Shown piece after piece: positions 56,601-64,000 of a stretch of DNA of 64,000 bases. Source of the stretch: Eledone cirrhosa (taxonomy: Eukaryota); assembly GCA_964016885.1 (NCBI GenBank), contig OZ024757.1, forward strand, positions 3,038,001-3,102,000, read 5' to 3'. The position numbers were made by a program, and so were the translations under genes. The notes under the pieces are model-generated. The model worked only from the letters and a program-made list of their open reading frames with translations. It did no database searches and was not told the origin of the DNA. Position 1 is the stretch's first letter. Each line of letters opens with the position of its first letter.

Positions 56601-59600
56601 GACATTGTTTCCTGAGACATTCTAACCACATGTCTGTAGTATCAGAGCTGTGTTCTCTCAATCCAGAGATTCTTTCCTGAGACATTCTAACCCCATGTCT
56701 GTAGTATCAGAGCTGTGATCTCTCAATTCAGAGATTCTTTCCTGAGATATTCTTACCACATGTCTGTCGTATCAGAGCTGTGATCTCTCAATTCAGAGAT
56801 TCGTTCCTGAGACATTCTAACCACATGTCTGTAGTATCAGAGGTGTGATCTCTCAATTCAGAGATTCTTTCCTGAGACATTCTAACCACATGTCTGTAGT
56901 ATCAGAGCTGTGATCTCTCAATTCAGAGATTCTTTCCTGACACATCCTAACCACATGTCTGTAGTATCAGAGCTGTGATCCGGAGATTCTTTCCTGAGAC
57001 ATTCTAACCACATGTCTGTAGTATCAGAGCTGTGATCTCTCAATTCAGAGATTATTTCCTGAGACATTCTAAACACATGTCTGTAGTATCAGAGCTGTCA
57101 TCTCTCAATTCAGAAATTCTTTCCTGAGACGTTCTAACCACATATCGGTAGTATCAGAGCTGTGATCTCTCAAATCCGAGAATCTTTCCTGAGACATTCT
57201 AACTACATGTCTGTAGTATCAGAGCTGTGATCTCTGAATTCAGCGATTCTTTCCTGAGACATTCTAACCACATGTCTATAGTATCAGAGCTCTGATCTCT
57301 CAATTCAGAGATTCTTTCCTGAGACATTCTAAACACATATCTATATTATCAGAGCTGTGATATCTCAATTCAGAGATTCTTTCCTGAGACATTCTAACCA
57401 CATGTCTATAGTATCAGAGCTGTGATCTCTCAATTCAGAAATTCTTTCCTGAGACGTTCTAACCACATATCGGTAGTATCAGAGCTGTGATCTCTCAAAT
57501 CCGAGATTCTTTCCTGAGACATTCTAACTACATGTCTGTAGTATCAGAGCTGTGATATCCCAATTCAAAGATTCTTTCCTCAGACATTCTAACCAGATGT
57601 CTGTAGTATCAGAGCTGTGATCTCTCAATCCACAGATTCTTTCCAGAGACATTCTAACCACATGACTGTGGCATCAGAGCTGTGATCTCTCAATTCAGAG
57701 ATTCTTTCCTGACACATCCGAACCACATGTCTATAGTATCAGAGCTGTGATCTCTCCATTCAGAGATTCTTTCCTGACACATTCTAACCACATGTCTGTA
57801 GTATCAGAGCTGTGATCTCTCAATTCAGAGATTCTTTCATGAGACATTCTAACCCCATGTCTATAGTATCAGAGCTGTGATCTCTCAACTCAGAGATTCT
57901 TTTCTGAGACATTCTAACCACATGTCTATAGTATCAGAGCTGTGATCTCTCAATTCAGATATTCTTTCCTGAGACATTCCCGGCACCAATCTGTAGTATC
58001 AGCGTTGTGATCTCTCAATTCAGAGATTCTTTCCTGAGACATTCTAACCACATGTCTGTAGTATCAGAGCTGTGATCTCTCAATTCAGAGATTCTTTCCT
58101 GAGACAATCTAACCACATGTCTATAGTATCAGAGCTCTGATCTCTCAATTCAGAGATTCTTTCCTGAGACATTCTAAACACATGTCTGTAGTATCAGATG
58201 TGTGATCTCTCAATTCAGAGATTCTTTCCTGAGACATTCTAACCACATTTCTGTAGTATCAGAGCTGTGATCTCTCAATCCAGAAATCATTTCTTGAGAC
58301 GTTCTAACCACATGTCTGTAGTATCAGAGGTGTGATCTCTCAATTCAGTGATTCATTCCTGAGACATTCTAACCACATGTCTGTAGTATCAGAGCTGTGA
58401 TCTCTCAATCCAGAGATTCTTTCTTGAGACATTCTAACCACATGTCTGTAGTATCAGAGCTGTGATCTCTCAATTCAGAGATTCTTTCCTGCGACATTCT
58501 AACCACATGTCTATAGTATCGGAGCTGTGATCTCTCCATTCAGAGATTCTTTCCTGACACATTCTAACCACATGTCTGTAGTATCAGAGCTGTGATCTCT
58601 CAATTCAGAGATTATTTCCTGAGAGATACTAACCACATGTCTGTAGTATCAGAGCTCTGATCTCTCAATTCAGAGTTTCTTTCCTGAGACATTCTAAACA
58701 CATGTCTATATTATCAGAGCTGTGATATCTCAATTCAGAGATTCTTTCCTGAGACATTCTAAGCACATGTCTATAGTATCAGAGCTGTGATCTCTCAATT
58801 CAGAAATTCTTTCCTGAGACCTTCTAACCACATATCGGTAGTATCAGAGCTGTGATCTCTCAAATCCGAGATTCTTTCCTGAGACATTCTAACCACATGT
58901 CTGTAGTATCAGAGCTGTGATATCCAATTCAAAGATTCTTTCCTCAGACATTCTAACCAGATGTCTGTAGTATCAGAGCTGTGATCTCTCAATCCACAGA
59001 TTCTTTCCAGAGACATTCTAACCACATGACTGTGGCATCAGAGCTGTGATCTCTCAATTCAGAGATTCTTTCCTGACACATCCTAACCACATGTCTATAA
59101 TATCAGAGCTGTGATCTCTCAACTCAGAGATTCTTTTCTGAGACATTCTAACCACATGTCTATAGTATCAGAGCTGTGATCTCTCAATTCAGATATTCTT
59201 TCCTGAGACATTCCCGGCACCAATCTGTAGTATCAGCGTTGTGATCTCTCAATTCAGAGATTCTTTCCTGAGACATTCTAACCATATGTCTGTAGTATCA
59301 GAGCTGTGATCTCTCAATCCACAGATTCTTTCCAGAGACATTCTAACCACATGACTGTGGTATCAGAACTGTGATCTCACAATTCAGAGATTCTTTTCAG
59401 AGACATTCTAACCCCATGTCTATAGTATCAGAGCTGTGATCTCTCCATTCAGAGATTCTTTCCTGACACTTTCTAACCACATGTCTGTAGTATCAAAGCT
59501 GTGATCTCTCAATTCAGAGATTCTTTCATGAGACATTCTAACCACATGTCTATAGTATCAGAGCTGTGATCTCTCAATTCAGAGATTCTTTCCTGAGACG

Positions 59601-61103
59601 TTCTAACCACATGTCTGTAGTATCAGAGCTGTGATCTCTCAATCCAGAGATTCTTTCCAGAGACATTCTAACCACAGGACTGTGGTATCAGAACTGTGAT
59701 CTCACAATTCAGAGATTCTTTTCAGAGACATTCTAACCCCATGTCTATAGTATCAGAGCTGTGATCTCTCAATTCAGAGATTCTTTCCTAGACATTCCCG
59801 CCACTAATCTGTAGTATCAGCGTTGTGATCTCTCAATTCAGAGATTATTTTCTCAGACATTCTAACCACATTTCTATAGCATCAGAGCTGTGATCTCTCA
59901 ATTCAGAGATTCTTTCCTGAGACGTTCTAACCACATGTCTGTAGTATCAGAGGTTTGATCTCTCAATTCAGAGATTCTTTCCTGAGACATTCTAACCACA
60001 TGTCTATAGTATCAGAGCTGTGTTCTCTCAACTCAGAGATTCTTCCTGAGACATTCCCGCCACCAATCTGTAGTATCAGAGCTGTGATCGCTCAATTCAG
60101 AGATTCTTTCCTGAGACATTCTAACCACATGTCTATAGTATCAGAGCTGTGATCTCTCAATTCAGAGATTCTTTCCTGAGACGTTCTAACAACATGTCTG
60201 TAGTATCAGAGGTTTGATCTCTCAATCCAGAGATTCTTTCTTGAGACATTCTTACCACATGTTTGTAGTATCAGAGCTGTGATCTCTCAATTCAGAGATT
60301 CTTTCCTGCGACATTCTAAACACATGTCTGTAGTATCAGAGCTGTGATCTCTTAATTCAGAGATTCTTTCCTGAGACATTCTAACCACATGTCTGTAGTA
60401 TCAGTGCTGTGATCTCTCAATCCAGAGATTCTTTCTTGAGACATTCTTACCACATGTTTGTAGTATCAGAGCTGTGATCTCTCAATTTAGAGATTCTTTC
60501 CTGAGACATGCTAACCACATGTCTGTAGTATCAGAGCTGTGATCTCTCAATTCAAAGATTCTTTCCTGAGACATTCTAACCACATGTCTGTAGTATCAGA
60601 GCTGTGATCTCTCAATTCAAAGATTCTTTCCAGAGATATTCTTACCACATGTCAGTAGTATCAGAGCTGTGATCTCTCAAATTAGAGATTCTTTCCTGAG
60701 ACATTCTAACCACATATCTATAGTATTAGTGCTGTGATCTCTCAATTCAAAGATTCTTTCCAGAGATATTCTAACCACATGTCTGTAGTATCAGAGCTGT
60801 GATCTCTCAATTCAGAGATTCTTTCATGAGATATTCTAACCACATGTCTATAGTATCAGAGCTGTGATCTCTCAATTCAGAGATTCTTTCCTGAGACATT
60901 CTAACCACATGTCTGTAGTATCAGAGCTGTGATCTCTCAATCCAGAGATTTTTTCTTGAGTCATTCTAACCACATGTCTGTAGTATCAGAGCTGTGATCT
61001 CTCAATTCAGAGATTCTTTCCTGCGACATTCTAACCACATGTCTGTAGTATCAGAGTGTGATCTCTTAATTCAGAGATTCTTTCCTGAGACGTTCTAACC
61101 ACA
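47608..61103 (+). repeat. Tandem duplication of about 7 kb (copy 1 about 47608-54680, copy 2 about 54681-61103), later modified by whole-monomer indels
   Basis: Five indels are shared: GATCCGGAG -8 (49581/56979) and -1 events near 51720/58924, 52587/59790, 52840/60044 and 54633/61057. Many private substitutions are also shared. The offset steps 7073, 7138, 7398, 7203, 6423 differ by multiples of 65. Confidence 0.93.
53478..54635 (+). repeat. Nested 9-monomer (585 bp) tandem duplication
   Basis: AAGCCATATC at 53571/54156. TTTTTTCTTGAGTCATT at about 53941/54526. TTCATGAGATATT is present in both copies. Confidence 0.88.
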
Positions 61104-61330
61104 TGTCTGTAGTATCAGAGGTTTGATCTCTCAATTCAGAGATTCTTTCCTGAGACATTCTAACCTCATGTCTGTAGTATCAGAGCTGTGATCTCTCAAT
61201 TCAGAGATTCTTTCCTGTGACAATCTAACCACATGTCTTCAATATTAGAGCTGTGATCTCTCAATCCAGAGATTCTTTCCTGAGACATTCTAACCACATA
61301 TCTATGGTATCAGAGCTGTGATCTCTCAAT

Positions 61331-62820
61331 TCAGAGATTCTTTCCTGAGACATGCTAACCACATGTCTGTAGTATCAGAGCTGTGATCTCTCAATTCAGA
61401 GATTCTTTCCTGAGACATTCTAACCACATGTCTGTAGTATCAGAGCTGTGATCTCTCAATTTAGAGATTCTTTCCTGAGACATTCTAACCACATGTCTTC
61501 AGTATTAGAGCTGTGATCTCTCAATCCTGAGATTCTTTCCTGAGACATTCTAATCACATATCTATAGTATTAGAGCTGTGATCTCTCAATTCAAAGATTC
61601 TTTCCAGAGATATTCTTACCACATGTCTGTAGTATCAGAGCTGTGATCTCTCAATTCAGAGATTCTTTCCTGAGACATTCCCGCCACCAATCTGTAGTAT
61701 CAGAACTGTGATCTCTCAATTCAGAGATTCTTACCTGCGTCATTCTAACCACATGTCTATAGTATCAGAGCTGTGATCTCTCAATTCAGAGATTCTTTCC
61801 TGAGACATTCTAACCACATGTCTGTAGTATCAGAGCTGTCATCTCTCCATTCAGAGATTTTTTCCTGAGACATTCTAACCACATGTCTGTAGTATCAGAG
61901 CTGCGATCTCTCAATTTAGAGATTCTTTCCTGAGACATTCTAAACACATATCTATAGTATTAGTGCTGTGATCTCTCAATTCAAAGATTCTTTCCTGAGA
62001 CATTCTAACCACATGTCTGTAGTATCAGAGCTGTGATCTCTCAATTTAGAGATTCTTTCCTGAGACATTCTAACCACATATCTATAGTATTAGAGCTGTG
62101 ATCTCTCAATTCAAAGATTCTTTCCTGAAACATTCTAACCACATGTCTATAGTATCAGAGCTGTGATCTCTCAATTCAGAGATTCTTTCCTGAGACATGC
62201 TAACCACATGTCTGTAGTATCAGAGCTGTGATCTCTCAATTCAGAGATTCTTTCCTGAGACATTCTAACCACATGTCTGTAGTATCAGAGCTGTGATCTT
62301 TCAATTTAGAGATTCTTTCCTGAGACATTCTAACCACATGTCTTCAGTATTAGAGCTGTGATCTCTCAATCCTGAGATTCTTTCTTGAGACATTCTAATC
62401 ACATATCTATAGTATTAGAGCTGTGATTTCTCAATTCAAAGATTCTTTCCAGAGATATTCTTACCACATGTCTGTAGTATCAGAGCTGTGATCTCTCAAT
62501 TCAGAGATTCTTTCCTGAGACATTCCCGCCACCAATCTGTAGTATCAGAACTGTGATCTCTCAATTCAGAGATTCTTACCTGCGTCATTCTAACCACATG
62601 TCTATAGTATCAGAGCTGTGATCTCTCAATTCAGAGATTCTTTCCTGAGACATTCTAACCACATGTCTGTAGTATCAGAGCTATGATCTCTCCATTCAGA
62701 GATTTTTTCCTGAGACATTCTAACCACATGTCTGTAGTATCAGAGCTGTGATCTCTCAATTTAGAGATTCTTTCTTGAGACATTCTAACCACATATCTAT
62801 AGTATTAGTGCTGCGATCTC
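61331..62820 (+). repeat. 13-monomer (845 bp) tandem duplication, more diverged
   Basis: CATGCTAACC at 61351/62196 and TTACCTGCGTCATT at 61731/62576. CAATCCTGAGA and GATTTTTTCC occur in both copies. Confidence 0.85.
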
Positions 62821-64000
62821 TCAATTCAAAGATTCTTTCCAGAGATATTCTTACCACATGTCTGTAGTATCAGAGCTGTGATCTCTCAATTCAAAGATTC
62901 TTTCCAGAGATATTCTTACCACATGTCTGTAGTATCAGAGCTGTGATCTCTCAATTCAGAGATTCTTTCCTGAGACATTCCCGCCACCAATCTGTAGTAT
63001 CAGATCTGTGATCTCTCAATTTAGAGATTCTTTCCTGAGGCATTCTAACCACATGTCTGTAGTATCAGAGCTGTGATCTCTCAATTCAGAGATTCTTTCC
63101 TGAGACATTCTAACCACATGTCTGTAGTATCAGAGGTGTGATCTCTCAATTCAGAGATTCTTTCCTGAGACATTCTAACCACATGTCTGTAGTATCAGAG
63201 CTGTGATATTTCAATTCAGAGATTCTTTCCTGAGACATTCTAACCACATGTCTATAGTATCAGAGCTGTGATCTCTCAACTCAGAGATTCTTTCCTGAGA
63301 CATTCTAACCACATGTCTATAGTATCAGAGCTGTGATCTCTCAATTCAGAGATTCTTTCCTGAAACATTCCCGCCACCAATCTGTAGTATCAGCGTTGTG
63401 ATATCTCAATTCAGAGATTCTTTTCTCAGACATTCTAACCACATTTTTATAGTATCAGAGCTGTGATCTCTCAATTTAGAGATTCTTTCCTGAGGCATTC
63501 TAACCACATGTCTATAGCTTCAGAGCTGTGATCTCTCAATTCAGAGATTCTTTCCTGAGACATTCTAACCACATGTCTGTAGTATCAGAGCTGTGATCTC
63601 TCAATTCAGAGATTCTTTCCTGAGACATTCTAACCACATGTCTGTAGTATCAGAGGTGTGATCTCTCAATTCAGAGATTCTTTCCTGAGACATTCTAACC
63701 ACATGTCTATAGTATCAGAGCTGTGATCTCTCAATTCAGAGATTCTTTCCTGAGACATTCTAACCACATGTCTGTAGTATCAGAGCTGTGATCTCTCAAT
63801 TCAGAGATTCTTTCCTCAGACATTCTAACCACATGTCTGTAGTATCAGAGCTGTGATCTCTCAATTTAGAGATTCTTTCCTGAGACATTCTAACCACATA
63901 TCTATAGTATTAGAGCTGTGATCTCTCAATTCAAAGATTCTTTCCAGAAATATTCTTACCACATGTCTGTAGTATCAGAGCTGTGATCTCTCATTTCAGA

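Larger units (their letters stand above)
1..64000 (+). repeat. 65-bp tandem satellite DNA array, about 985 monomers, single orientation, running off both window ends
   Basis: Monomer starts (TCAGAGATT) recur at 1, 66, 131, ... 846, ... 63996. 63995 = 985x65 - 30, which matches the sum of the 18 indels found. Most monomers differ from the consensus at only a few positions. No unique sequence is interspersed. Confidence 0.99.

Noticed and set aside
59955-60152. Identical 65-aa ORF suggesting a conserved gene pair
   Set aside because: The identity comes from the roughly 7 kb tandem duplication (offset 7203), not from coding constraint.
1-64000. CRISPR array (period of about 65 bp with palindromic parts)
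   Set aside because: There are no unique spacers, the whole unit is repeated, and there is no leader or cas gene.
1-64000. Repeat-protein coding sequence or programmed variable cassette system
   Set aside because: 65 is not a multiple of 3 and the consensus has stops in the plus-strand frames. The ORF track shows nothing long on either strand. The variation is explained by inherited substitutions and duplications.
1-64000. Primate alpha satellite, telomeric repeat, or tRNA/5S/snRNA tandem array
   Set aside because: The period and sequence do not match a 171-bp alphoid unit. There are no G-rich telomere motifs, and no cloverleaf or Pol III A/B boxes were recognised.
1-64000. Synthetic or collapsed-assembly artefact
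   Set aside because: The hierarchical, position-specific variants and diverged nested duplications look like natural satellite evolution. Individual near-identical duplications still need read support.

Overview
The whole 64 kb window is one uninterrupted head-to-tail tandem array of a 65-bp satellite monomer, all copies in the same orientation. The consensus is TCAGAGATTCTTTCCTGAGACATTCTAACCACATGTCTGTAGTATCAGAGCTGTGATCTCTCAAT (40% GC, no CpG; exact copy at 846-910). Register counting gives 985 monomers between positions 1 and 63995, with 18 small indels summing to -30 bp. I see no genes, RNA genes, transposon insertions, inversions or CRISPR spacers, and the three listed ORFs are translation artefacts of the repeat. 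This looks like eukaryotic heterochromatic, possibly centromeric or pericentromeric, satellite DNA; I do not recognise the family or species. The interest lies in its internal organisation: three dyad symmetries per monomer, an ordered series of monomer variants forming irregular higher-order repeats, a strongly divergent CpG-bearing monomer type, nested recent tandem duplications (about 0.13 to 7 kb, always whole monomers) and regional variant domains. The sequence does not support a new gene-based system. All counts were made by eye.
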